Assembly: GCF_036321535.1 (NCBI RefSeq)
Contig: NC_087437.1
Location: forward strand, 113,462,001 to 113,526,000
DNA length: 64,000 nucleotides
Direction: 5' to 3'
Source of the DNA: Camelus dromedarius
Lineage: Eukaryota
Below the pieces are notes generated by a model, which was given only the letters and a program-made list of their open reading frames with translations, ran no database searches and had not been told where the DNA came from. Made by a program: the position numbers and the translations under genes. Of this stretch, positions 1-11,690 are shown piece after piece (position 1 is the stretch's first letter; each line of letters begins with the position of its first letter).

Positions 1-1214
1 TGTCCTCTCTGAGTTCCCAATAGCAGACTAAGGGTATACTAGCAAATCACAATGAAATATGACTATGCACTACAGTAAGATTAAATATAAGAAGCAATGG
101 GAGAAAAGAGGAGGGAGTGATTGCTTCTGCCTGGGGTTAGCCCTCTATTTGCACAGGCTGATCCTGAAGGATCTATATCAAGGTGGCATGTCTCACTCTT
201 GCCTTCAGCTGGGATAAAATCTGAAACAGCCTCTCCCTTCAGAGGAAAAGGAAGGTTGGTAGTGGTGGTGGAGAGGGGTAGATTTATCTGAATTTGGGGA
301 GCCTAGGTGGGTTTTAGATTTAGATTTTAAGACTAGCTTGTGCCTGACTAACTAATGACTTTGAATAAGTTAGTTTATCTGCAAGGGTCTCTGCTGGATT
401 AGATAAACTCAGGTGTCCCTCTATGCTTTATTCCACGATTGTTTGAAGGGCTTATGGGCTGATCTCCATGGGGCAAATGACTCACTTCCTTTATGATCTG
501 GTGGCTAGGAGGGAAGGGTAGAACCAACCTAAATGAGCATCGGTTGCTTTCCGGTACTGTGCTAGGCAATTTTCCATGTCATCTAACTTACTCTTCCCCT
601 AAATCCCTTTGAGAGGCATATTTTTAGTTCCATTTTGTAGATTAGGAAAGCGATGCTTAGAACAATGAAATACCATGTCCAAGTTTACACAGTCAATTTG
701 TGACAGGATATGGATTGCCCACCTCGCCCTACCCCTGCCCCAGATTTGATCTTTCTTCAAAATCTCTGCACCATCCACCATTCCACACAGGATGATCTGG
801 CTTTTAAAAGCAATGGGAACACGGAGTCTACATAGCCATATTTATACATTTCATTAAGTAAGTTTTGTCAAATTAGACTCCAAGGGGAAAATACAGTCAA
901 TCCTGGATTGCTCTGTTGTTATTAGTTGACTTGGTATCGTGACAGTAGCTGATAGTATCATCTTGGAGGAATCACTGAACTTCTCGATATTTTAGTTTCT
1001 CCACCTGCACTGGGGTTAATAATAATGTCTTCCTACATACACTGTACTACCTCTGATGACGGAGGGGAAGAGCATGTGAGGTAAGGTATAAACGCATGGT
1101 TTTTGATTATAAAGTGTTAAGTAGTTTTGATTTGGTCGAACTTGGTTTACTAGGTCTTGGGTGCTCGAAATGTCAGCTTTTAGTTCTGATATTCAAATCC
1201 ATTTAGTTCTCTTT

Positions 1215-1610
1215 TTTATATTGAATTATACATAGGTACAGAAAAATACACAAATTGTAAGTTGTGAATTAGCTTGATAAATAATTACAAAGTGAAACAC
1301 TGCTATGTAACTACCCACATCAGAGATCAAACATTATCAGTACGAGACGCCCCTCTCCTGCCCTCTCACAATCACTATGCCCTTCTTCCTTCCTAGAGCT
1401 AGTCACTCTTGACCTAACCCTAGGTTCATTTTGCCTATTTTTGAACTTTATGTACCTGGAATCATACACTATGTATTTTTTTGTTTGTTTAGCTTCTTAA
1501 CTCAATCTTATGTTTGTGAGAAAGATCTTGCCGCTGAAGCATTTGCTTTTTAATTTTCACTACTGCATACTACACTATTGCATAAATAGACCACACTTTA
1601 TACTAATCTA
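1215..1610 (-). mobile_element. Ancient L1ME-type 3' end fragment
   Basis: Characteristic 'gtaactacccacatcagaga...ttttgcctatttttgaactttatgtacctggaatcatacac' motifs. Confidence 0.55.
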
Positions 1611-1624
1611 ATAGATTGATTGAT

Positions 1625-2530
1625 TATTGAATTATAAGCCAATTTGAATTCTCGCAACAAACCCAACTTGATCTGATGTATTATCCTTTTTAAATTACTG
1701 AATTCAATTTGATAGTATTTGTTCAACGTTTTCATCTCTGTGCTTATGAGTGAAATTGGCTTTTCCTTTTCCTTTTTTTGTAATGTTCTTGTCAGGCTTT
1801 GGTATCAAGGTTATTCCAAGTTCATAAAATGAGGTGGGAAATGTCTTTTCCTTTTTCCTCTGAGAAAGTTTGTGTACAATATGTGCTATTAATCTCAAAC
1901 AATTTACAACACCCTTCTGCACAAACTTTTTACCAATGAAAGATAGGGGCTTGGAGTTTTGTCCATAGGAAGGTTTTAAATCATGGATCCAATTAGTTAA
2001 ATAAGCATGAGATTTATTTAGATCTTCTGTTTCTTCCTGTGTCAGTTTTAGTAGGCTGTATTTTTCTAAGAATATTTTCCATCCATTTAAATGTTCACAT
2101 TTATTGGCATAGACTTGTTCTTAATGCCTTTTATCTATTTAATATCTGCAGTATATTTTCTTGTAGGATAAACTCTTTACTACAAAATGTCATTATCATT
2201 ATGAAATGCTCCTCTTTACCTAGCAGTGCTTCTTGCCTTCAAAGCAATTTTGTCTGATGTTAATTTGGCTACACACATTTCCTTTTGGTTAGTGTTTGCA
2301 TGGTGGTATATTTATTTCTATCCTTTTATTTTAAATCTTTCTGTACACTTATAACTAATGTGTGCCTCATATAAGTAGCATATTTTTCTATCCAGTCTGT
2401 TATTCTTTGTCATTTAATTGAAATATTTAGTCTTTATATTTAGGAGCTTCTGATATATGTAGTTTTAAGTCTGCTTTTTTTTTTTAACATTTTGTTTCCT
2501 GTTTGTCTCATCTTCTATGATTCTTCTCTC
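1625..2530 (-). mobile_element. Old L1M fragment, antisense (ORF2 region)
   Basis: Minus-strand ORF 1704-1922 contains FPTSFYELGITLIPKPDK (L1 ORF2 PNSFYEASITLIPKPDK); T-rich antisense L1 composition. Confidence 0.8.
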
Positions 2531-2544
2531 ATTTTTTTTTCATG

Positions 2545-2970
2545 GTATTAAAATGTGTCCACGGTTTCTTTGATACTTCATCTTTCAAGAGGTGGAACTG
2601 GTCACATTTCCTGGAAAGTGACCTAGACTTAACAGTTCACTTTCTACCAAATAAAATAAGGCATAAAGGACAGTGAGCGATTTTGAGAACTAGATAGTAA
2701 AAGGGATGAAGCAGCCCTGTTCCGGGGATACTCAACCAACCACTCATATGTGGCAAAGAACCTCCCGCCAGCAGCTTGGGAGTGAGTCATCTAGAAAGTA
2801 GGTTTTTCGCTCTAAGTCAAGACTTCATACGCCTCAGCTCAGGCTGACTTCTTAGTGGCCACCTCATGAGAGGCTCTGAGTTACAGCCACCTGGTTGAGC
2901 TGCTTCCAAATTCCTGACCCACAGAAACTGTGGAACATCAAATATTTTATTGTCTTAGGCTGCAGTTTCT
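2545..2970 (+). mobile_element. MaLR (MLT1-type) LTR
   Basis: MLT1-like segments: 'gatacttcatctttcaagaggtgga', 'tcatgagaggctctgag', 'aattcctgacccacagaaactgtg', A/T-rich 3' end. Confidence 0.65.
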
Positions 2971-3096
2971 TTAACTGCAATGTTTCTTTAGCTGCTAAGT
3001 TTCTTACTTTATTTGGAGTAATTATTTCTTATTATTCTTTTACTCTGTTAGACATTTGTTGGTTATGCATTCTTTTACTCTTTTTTTTCTCTGGTT

Positions 3097-3694
3097 TGTT
3101 TTACACCTGTCTCAGCTTAGGGAGAGATGCTATCAGCTGGAAATGCCTTGAGGCACTCACCAGGGCACACCCCGAACCCCCTGCAGACAGCTTCCCTTCT
3201 GGAGCCAGCGCTGTAGCCGAACCAGCCCTTACTGTGATTACAAGATGCCCTCAACAATAATCATTTGGAAACTGAGAAAAGAGACAAGGCTTATTCCTCA
3301 CAAGTATTGGAGGGTTTATGGCACGACTGGGGCCACCTAGTGAGGTGGTTGGTTGCAGGGGAGAGGGAGCAAGGAGGCCTGGGGTTCTGCTTTTATTGAG
3401 ATCTTTGCATGTTCCCTCTTTATTGGTGAATTTAAAACCTAAGAGTGAGAATTAAAGCATAGGAAGGGGAAAAAAATAGCCTAAATAGTCAGTTATCTAA
3501 GTCAACCAGGGATCTCTAAAAACAAAGAGAACTTCGGGGTGGGAAAGCCTGGCTCTTTATCTAGTGCTGTGGCTGGTAGATTATTTTATTGGAGATAACT
3601 GTCTTTGAAGTAGATGCCTCAGTAGTCAAAAGCTTAAGTTAGGTCCATGAATTGCGATTAAAAAAAACGCCAACTGTCAGGCACTTATATTACA
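3097..3694 (-). mobile_element. Solo ERV LTR
   Basis: TG...CA termini (3097-3098, 3693-3694) with 5-bp TSD TGGTT at 3092-3096 and 3695-3699. AATAAA on the - strand near 3392 and 3419. Interrupts an old L1. Family not determined. Confidence 0.75.
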
Positions 3695-3699
3695 TGGTT

Positions 3700-4900
3700 A
3701 CTCTAGATCACAACATGAATCTTGGACATTGAAATCTACTGTAAGTTAGTATTTTTTATCACTCATGGATGATGCAAGGACCATGGGACACCTTGACTTT
3801 CTTTCTGGTTTTAGTGTTATTATCAGAACATATTTTAATTTTCTCTATATTTGTTAAACCTCAAAGACATTATTAGTGCTTTATACCCATGCATTTTACC
3901 ATTTCCATTGGTCTTCATCCCATTGTATGTTCCCATGTGGACTCATTTTCTTCTACCCAAAGATCTGTGTTTGTACTTGTTCTGTAATGTAGTCCTATTT
4001 GGTGACAAATTTTCTGTTTTTATCTGAAACTGTCTTTATTCTATCACTTAAAAATACATTTTGACTGAGTAAAGAGCTCTAAGCTTGTAGTTATTCTCTT
4101 TCATCGTGTGGAAGACACTGCTCCATTACTTCCTAGCTTCTACTTTTTCTGTTTAAAAGTTATCTGTCAGTCTTGTGATCGTTTGTTTGAAGGTAATACA
4201 TCTTTTTTCTCTCTCTGGATGATTTTAAGAGTTTTTTTCCCTTTGTTTTCAGTTTTCAATAATTTTACTGTGATGTACCTCCTAGGTGTACTTTTCTTAG
4301 TATTTATGTTGCGTGCCTTTTTTGTAATATTTTTAAATCTGTGGCTTGATGCCATTTGTTGTGGAAATTTCTTAGATGTCATGTCTTTAAATACTGTATT
4401 TACCTGTTTTCTTTATCTTCTCCTAGAATTTTGATTACATGTGTATTAGACCTTTCACCATGCACCTTATGTCTCTTATGTTCTGTCTCATACATACTTT
4501 TTTTTTTAACTCTGTATTTCAGTCTGAGAATTGCTTTTGACCTATCTTCCAGTTTACTAATCCTTTCTTCAGTTGTTTCTCATTTGCTATTAAATTCATT
4601 GGTTAGGTTCTTAATTCTTAATTTTCATTCAAGTACTTTTCCATTGTAGAATGTTCACTTTTTCTTTTGCTGAGGATCAACACATAGCCATTTACATTTC
4701 TTGCATTTATTAATCACATATATTTTGAGGTCCATATCTGATAACTCCTGTGGGACTATTTCTTTTATCTGTGCTCTCTCTTGGCTTTCAGTTATTTGTT
4801 TATGTCTTTTGGTGCATCAAGTAATTGTCAATTGAACACTAAGCATTGTGTATAAAAACATTTTGAGATAATTTAATGCTGTGTATGCTTTTAGGATAGT
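3700..4900 (-). mobile_element. Old L1M fragment, antisense (ORF1 region)
   Basis: Minus-strand KSTPRRYITVKLLKTENKGKKTLK is L1 ORF1p-like; T-rich degraded L1 sequence. Confidence 0.65.
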
Positions 4901-5029
4901 GGTTCTTTAAGTCCCTGCTACCTTGGTTTGACGTCTTCAAATACACACACACACTTTGAAGTTTTTTTATTCTTTAGCTATGAGAATGTTGATTTCCAAC
5001 ACACTGGTCCACCTTTGCTGGAGGAAGAA

Positions 5030-6690
5030 ATCTTTCAAAATCAATATTTCACATCTGAATGCACTAATCTTCTAACTTCAGAATAGGTAGCCAGGTATAC
5101 TTCTGAGAACCAGGTCTGTGAAATCCTAAATTACATTTATAATTTCAGGAAATGCATCAGTTAAAACTCAAAGCTTCTGGCATTTGTTTATCCACCAGTT
5201 TTATGCTTCTGCTTATTCGTCCCACAGTCGATTTAGTCCGTGTAAGAAATACTTCAATAGTCCCAAAGTTCAGATTTGAACTCAGTGTTGAATATCAAGA
5301 TGTTGCCAAGAAGACACCAGGTAAACATGTAGGGACCATGACTGTTGAGCAATGTGACCTGGCTCTCAGGCTCTGCATGACTTTGAAGCCATTCTTTACA
5401 CTTCAAGTTCTGGCAACACCTAGCAAAATGGTGTTTTGTATGCTCTTATCTTTTTCCTGACATTGTGATGGTTTCTTTTGTCAATGTGACCAGCCAATTT
5501 TGAATCAGAGTTATGGCATCTTCAGAATGATACATATGGAGACTCAGACCTGCACCCTTTAAAATTCAGCTCCATTAAAGGGAGGCGCTGGGCCTTTTAA
5601 CATGTTGGAAATAGCGTTGAATCCTCCATTAAAGTCACTTCTTTACACAAACTGTAGGACTCGGTGTTAAGATGGGAAGAGCCTAATGGACATTCTGAAA
5701 GAACTACCCATTAAATGGTAAAGTATAGAATGTTTTAAAGTGACAAGCCCAAGAGCTGAAAATGACTCTTTGATCTTTAAAAGGCTCATAAACAGGGCAG
5801 TGCACTTGCAGGCCTATATTTATGTATTCAAACACTGGGAGAAAATCCAAGCAGAGTCTTAGGACTGCAGGAGTTTGCAGGTTAGACAAAAAGAGGCCAG
5901 GGGGAGGGAAATTACATCAAACTTTTTACAGTACCAAGCAAGCTTTCTTCCCTCCTTGTTAACCAATGAATTGAAACCTTGCTAAGGGCTTGTTTTTTTA
6001 AGTGGAGCTTGAACCAATCATTACACAGACATGAGGTATTTATGAAGAAAGAAAGAGACAGTTGAAACCAAAAGAAAGAATGTTTTGTTTCCAAATTAAA
6101 TTTGTGGTTGTTGCCACCTTCTTTTACTTTGATGAAGGGTCTCCAACTATCTCCTACCTCTCAGTGCCACCCACATGTATGTATGCCTTCTTTGGTATTG
6201 AAATCATTAACCACATCTGGAGAGTTAATCTGTGGACAACACGCCTATTTCCTCTGTTTCATGGAGCAAATAGAGAGGGCTCATAAGTAACTCCAGAGCC
6301 ATTGGCAGGGCTTTGAGGATGCTGCTTGTCAGGAGACATTCAAAAGAAGTCAGATAACTATGTAACTTACACTCATGGCTACTTTCAGTCTCAACAGCAC
6401 GTTGGTGTTTTCTCTTCCCCTGACCCAGATGATCCATCCTTGAGAAGAAATAGATTCCCCTCACCTTGCATATACGAATCACAGGCACTGGAATGGGAGA
6501 TCTGATTTGTGGTTCCAACAGCAGTCATATATTCTTTTACCTGTTTCCCATGGTGACCACAGGTATGTATTTGTCATATGACAGTTTGGATTTTGGAATC
6601 CATTGGGACCTCAGACTGGAGCACACTCTGTTGATCCAAAAGTGAATCTTGATCTCATTTGGTGTCTACTTGAACCAAATTTTATAAAAA
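5030..6690 (+). pseudogene. Candidate endogenous bornavirus-like L (RdRp) element (EBLL), degraded, with many stops and frameshifts
   Basis: Collinear motifs across shifting + frames versus remembered BoDV-1 L: SYLFPDIVMV 5444-5473 (SWYFPEIRMV); WAF*HVGNSVESSIK 5589-5633 (WPPVHLLPGCDKSIK); PSKLSSLLV...KKER/QLKPKERMF 5934-6085 (PSRLVNALI...PKEKELKVKGRFF); MPSLVLKSLTTS 6183 (MPYLKTHSMTMS); SHWQGF 6297 (SSWCNGF, motif A); GYF 6377; NRFPSP 6449 (DRFNPP); SIGTSDW 6599-6619 (TILTSCW, motif B region). Boundaries approximate. Confidence 0.8.
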
Positions 6691-7300
6691 ATAATAAAAC
6701 AAATATGCATATTCACCACCTAAGCTAAGAAACAGAACATAACTACATCCCAGAATCTCCTAAGTGTCCCTCCGCTCACTCACCAAATGTAACTAGGTAT
6801 CTTGAATTTTGTGTTACTCATTCCCCAATTTTCTTATAAGACCTCTGTATGAGTGTCTAAAAAATAATTATTGATTTTTGCCTGCTTTTGAATCTTTTAT
6901 AAAAAGACTTATGCCCTATATATTCTTTTGTTTTTCCCCTATAATTTATCTTGTTACATGCAACGGTAGTGCCTTCATTTCCATATCCAAATACTATTCC
7001 ATTGTAAGAATAAAACACAACTTATTCTTCCATTCTTTTGCAGTGCACATTTGGGTCATTTCCAGTTTTTGCTACCAGAGTCAGTGCTGCTGTTAGCATT
7101 TGTGCACACCTCCTGGTACATAGGAAGAGAATTTACGGAGTATTTTTCTAGTCGTAGAAATGTTGGAACTTTGGGTAAGTTGGTGTTCAGGTTTTTGAGA
7201 GTAAAGAAAAATTAGTTTCCAAAGTGGTTAAACTAATTTATACTCCCGACTGTGAACTGTGAGCATTGTAGTCACTTCTCAGCCCCTTCGATATGTTCTG
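6686..7300 (-). mobile_element. Ancient L1ME-type 3' end fragment
   Basis: 'caccacctaagctaagaaacagaacat', 'catttgggtcatttccagttttt', 'ttccaaagtggttaaactaatttatactccc'. Confidence 0.6.
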
Positions 7301-7681
7301 TTCTCTTCCTTTTTGTTTTTTGGCCAAACATATTTCTTGTTCAAAATGGTTAAATGGACATTCTTATCTATACCTTATCTGAGTGGAAGCTGGGGCTTGG
7401 GGGTTTCAAGTCATTTGAGCACAGATTCTGGAAATGTGTTATGTGGAAGAAGGCAATCATATCACCCAAAGCCAGTCCACAGAAAGCCTGCCTAATGATC
7501 AATCATCTCATGGCCAGTTCTCTTCAAATTCACCTCTTTGAAAGTTTTGCATCAGTTTGGAAGCTTTTAATGAAACAAAGCAACATAACTGAATAAAACT
7601 AAATTAAAAAATAAAAACCAATGTTGTTTAACATTTGAGAAAATGATCTTTAGAAAAACTGGCTAAAAAGTCCCTCATTTA

Positions 7682-8952
7682 AAATCCACAGACCTGTGGC
7701 CAATTAATCTTTGACAAAGGAGGCAAGAATATACAGTGGAGAAAAGACAGTCTCTTCAGCAAATGGTGTTGGGAAAATTGGATAGCAGCATGTAAATCAA
7801 TGAAGTTAGAACACTCCCCCACTCCATACACAAAAATAAACTCAAAATGGCTTAAAGGTTTAAATATAAGACAAGACACAATAAATCTCCTAGAAGAAAA
7901 CATAGGCAAAATATTCTCTGACATAAATCTTAGCAATGTTGTCCTAGGGCAGCCTACCCAGGCAATGGAAATAAGAGCAAAAATTAACAAATGGGACCTA
8001 ATTAAACTCATAAGCTTTTGCAAAGCAAAGGAAACCAGAAGCAAAACAAAATGACAACCTATGGAATGGGAGAAAATATTTGCAAATGATGTGACCAACA
8101 AAGGCTTAATTTCTAGAATATATAAACAGCTCAAACAACCTAATAACAAAAAAACAAACAACCCAATCCAAAAATGGGCAGAAGACCTAAACAAGCATTT
8201 CTCTAGTGAAGACATAGTAATGGCCAATAGACATATGAATATCACTAATAAAGAAATGCAAATCTCTCTGCACAGAGAAATGCAAATCAAAACTACAATG
8301 AGGTATCACCTCACACCAGTCAGAATGGCCACCATTCAAAAGTCCACAAACAATAAATGCTGGAGAGGGTGCGGAGAAAAGGGAACCCTCCAACACTGCT
8401 GGTGGGAATGTAGTTTGGTGCAACCATTATCAAAAACAGTATGGAGATTCTTCAAAAAACTGAAAATAGACTTACCATATGATCTAGTAGTCCCACTTCT
8501 GGGTACGTATCTGGAGGGAACTCTAATATGAAAAGATACACGCACTCCAGTGTTCACAGCAGCACTATATACAATAGCTAAGACATGGAAGCAACCTAAA
8601 TGTCCATCGACAGATGACTGGATAAAGAAGTTGTGGTATATTTATACAATGGAATACTACTCTGCCATAAAAAAGAATAAAATAATACCATTTGCAGCAA
8701 CATGGATGGACCTAGAGATTGTCATTCTAAGTGAAGTAAGCCAGAAAGAGAAAGAAAAATACCATATGATATCACTCCTATGTGGAACCTATAAAAAAAA
8801 AAAAGGACACTATGAACTCATTAACAAAACAGAAACAGACTCTCAGACTTAGTAAACAATGTTATGGTTACCAGGGAAAGAGGGTGGGAGGGGATAAATT
8901 TGGGAGTTTGAAATTTACAAATGTTAGCAACTATATGTAAAAATAGATTTTT
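7682..8952 (+). mobile_element. LINE-1 fragment (ORF2 C-terminus plus partial 3'UTR), relatively young, with target-site duplication
   Basis: ORFs 7800-8054, 8061-8531 and 8550-8852 are L1 ORF2p ([56 protein letters not shown]). TSD AAAAAGTCCCTCATTTA at 7665-7681 and 8953-8969. Confidence 0.95.
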
Positions 8953-11684
8953 AAAAAGTCCCTCATTTATTCATAAGGAAAAAAGAACACTACATTTTTT
9001 AATTATGCATAAAATGCTGCAAATTTGATGACTGCTTGCCAAAGATTAAAAAAAAGTTAAAATTGCCCTTAGACAAATTTAACAGTTTAAAAACTAGGAT
9101 GGCAAGTGAGGATCGGACATGGAAAAGAATGCAAAAACCTTTGAGGCTAGATTGAATTTTAAGGTAAAAACTACCAGGCAAATGGATTACAGGCACAGTG
9201 ACTTCTGGCGAGCTGACCTGGGCATTCGGAGTGGTCACAAACCTCAGGGCAGAGTTAGGGATGGACTGTCTGTGAGGACACCCAGCTGTTCATCATGGTA
9301 GGTTCTGAAGGTACCCTGCTACTCCCTCTCACTTCCTCACGACTTTGTATCCCTGAACACTCTGAAAGGCCCTTAATAACCTGGAAGGAACCAGAGTTTG
9401 GGAGAAGAGAAAGCATTTCTTCCTGTGATCAGTGCTTCTGCAGGATGTGACCCCGCAGAAACCACCATGTGTGTGTCATTAGGATTAAGTTTGTCCGCAA
9501 TGACTGAAAACCCCATAGATGAGTGGCTTAAGTGAGAGATAAATGTTTAGTGTTCTTTCATGTAGATGAATCCAGGCGCAGGCAGCCCAGGGAGGGGATG
9601 AGGGCTCCACAAAGTCATCGGCCTAGGCTCATTCCAACGCCATCTGCCCTTCTTGGGATGTGGCTCGCTCCCTCTAATCATCACCTCCTCATTCTAGGCA
9701 GCAGGGCTGGGGAAGGGATGAAGAGGAAGGGGCGAGGTATGCACACCAGCTTTCCTTCAGGGAGGTTTTCTGGGAGCTGCCGCATCCCACCTCGATTTAG
9801 ATAACATTGACCAGAAATTTGTCACGTGGGACACCAAGCTGCAAGGGAGGCTGGGAGATGGTGGTCTTTTTCCCAGGCAGTCCCATGTCCAAGGAAATCC
9901 ATTACTAAGGCAACCATAAAATGCTGTGCAGCGCAGTCATTAAAAAAGATGAAGGAGATCTAAGCGGGCTGATGTGGAAGGGGGCTCACTGTATATTAAG
10001 TGAGAGAGCCATGCAATATGTACCATATGGTACCTTTTTGCATGGGTGTAGATGAAATGTGGCATAGACTATGGGTATAGAAAAAGTCTGGACTGATGAA
10101 CACAAAACAGTGAATAGTAATGGAAAAGTATTGATTGAGCGAAATGGGAGGCATTTTAACTTTTTGGTATTGTTTATATTTTTAATAATGTGCAGTATCA
10201 CTTTGTGTATGTATTTAACACTTATTGAGCATATATTGTGTGCCAAGCAGTTTTTGAAGTGTTGGATATGTGTTAACTTATTTAAATTTCATAACTTAAA
10301 GCGGTATTATTTCTATTTTATGGGTGAGAAACAGTAGGCCACTGGTTTGACTTGTTCCCTCATGCAAGACTGAGCTGGAGCTCAAACCCAGGCAGTCTGG
10401 CTCCTGAGTACATGCTTTTAGAGGCTCCATGAGGCTCCTTTTCTGAACGTATATGACTAATCCTTCCACCCATTTCCTGCCTCTGCTCATTAGCCGTTAC
10501 TTCCTACATCAGTCATTTCTTTTGATCCCGCTTGCTTTGGTTCCTGACATTCGTTGTGGTGATCTTGCAGATTATTTAAGACCATGAGGTGGCAGTGGCG
10601 AGAACTGGAAAGGAGATTTAGGTGGAGTCCTTGTCTGGGAGGTACTGTGGATAACACAGCCTTGAGACTGAAATACTACTGCTCCTTTGCACAGGGGTGG
10701 TGGTCAGGGAAGACTTTATAAACACCTCCCCATCACTACTCAAGGCTGACTCTGTAATTTACAGAAATGGAGGCAGGTAAGGGGGGCTGGCCTCAGGTTG
10801 AACGTACCCCCTTTCCACCTTGTGTCTGCAGATCCTAAGCAATTTTGTTTTTCTTTTTTCTTTTTTAAAAAACAGTCATTAAAGATGCTTCAGTGTTCCT
10901 TCATACCCAAAGAAGCAACCCGGGGAGCCTGGGCTGGACCGAGGCCACGATGCCGTCAGGAGCAGGAGGCGCTGGGAGGCGGAGGCGCAGACTGCAGCTT
11001 GCAGGCTGCGAGCCCGAGAGCGGCTGCCTGTTGAAGGCATTTTCCTGTCTGTCGCAGGGGGCTTCACTCGGCTTCCCAGCCCTCCATCTCAGAGAAAGAC
11101 AAACCAATGTGATACTGTGTACGTACTTGCCAAACTGTTTATTTGCCATTCGCTACTTATAATATTGGATTTACAGAAGAAACTGTGGTACAAAGAAAGT
11201 AAGGCTCCAATGGTTCCTGGGCAGCAGCAGTCCAGCTGCCCTGCACAGGCTGGGCGCAGTGGGCGCTCCCGGCAGGTGCTCCCGGCGGGGGGCGGCCACG
11301 CCGGCTATGTGCAGCGGACCATGCACGATGGGTGTCTGCTCTCCTGTGCTAGCTAGAAACACCTTGGAGAGGGGCTTCTTGGGTGTTCTCTCATAATGTA
11401 TCTGGTTTAAAACTTGACATTGACAGTTTCCTTGCAGAAAGTGTTCTCTATGGCTGTCAGTACCAGGGAGAAAGAAACCACACACAAACTTCCAGGATGC
11501 TTTGTGAACAGGTGCAGTAACTGCTACACAAACAGAAATGAGGTGGGGCCTAGCCAAGCAGGACGGCATTTCCCGTGGTTACTTTTCAATAGATGTGTTA
11601 TACTGTCATTTCAATTTGGAAGTTTATTGGTTTTTTTTCCATTAATTTTTATACATCCAGAATAGCACAAATAACCAACAGTTC

Positions 11685-11690
11685 TTTATT
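11685..11690 (-). terminator. Distal polyadenylation signal AATAAA of RUNX1
   Basis: TTTATT on + strand, followed on the - strand by GU/U-rich sequence (CTGTTGGTTATTTGTG). Confidence 0.75.

Noticed and set aside
5700..6520. Minus-strand cysteine-containing ORFs as a viral glycoprotein or cellular pseudogene
   Set aside because: No recognisable ordered motifs; the + strand L-protein interpretation explains the region better.
6546..6578. SHGDHRYVFVI as the RdRp catalytic motif C (QGDNQ)
   Set aside because: It lies before the motif B-like SIGTSDW at 6599-6619, so the order is wrong. Probably coincidental; the true motif C would fall near 6670 and is not clearly preserved.
6686..6703. A-rich tract as the poly(A) tail or TSD of the EBLL
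   Set aside because: It fits the start of the adjacent L1ME-like fragment, and no convincing TSD was found at the left boundary.
7679..8290. 203-aa hydrophobic minus-strand ORF
   Set aside because: Antisense reading of L1 ORF2, a common artefact.
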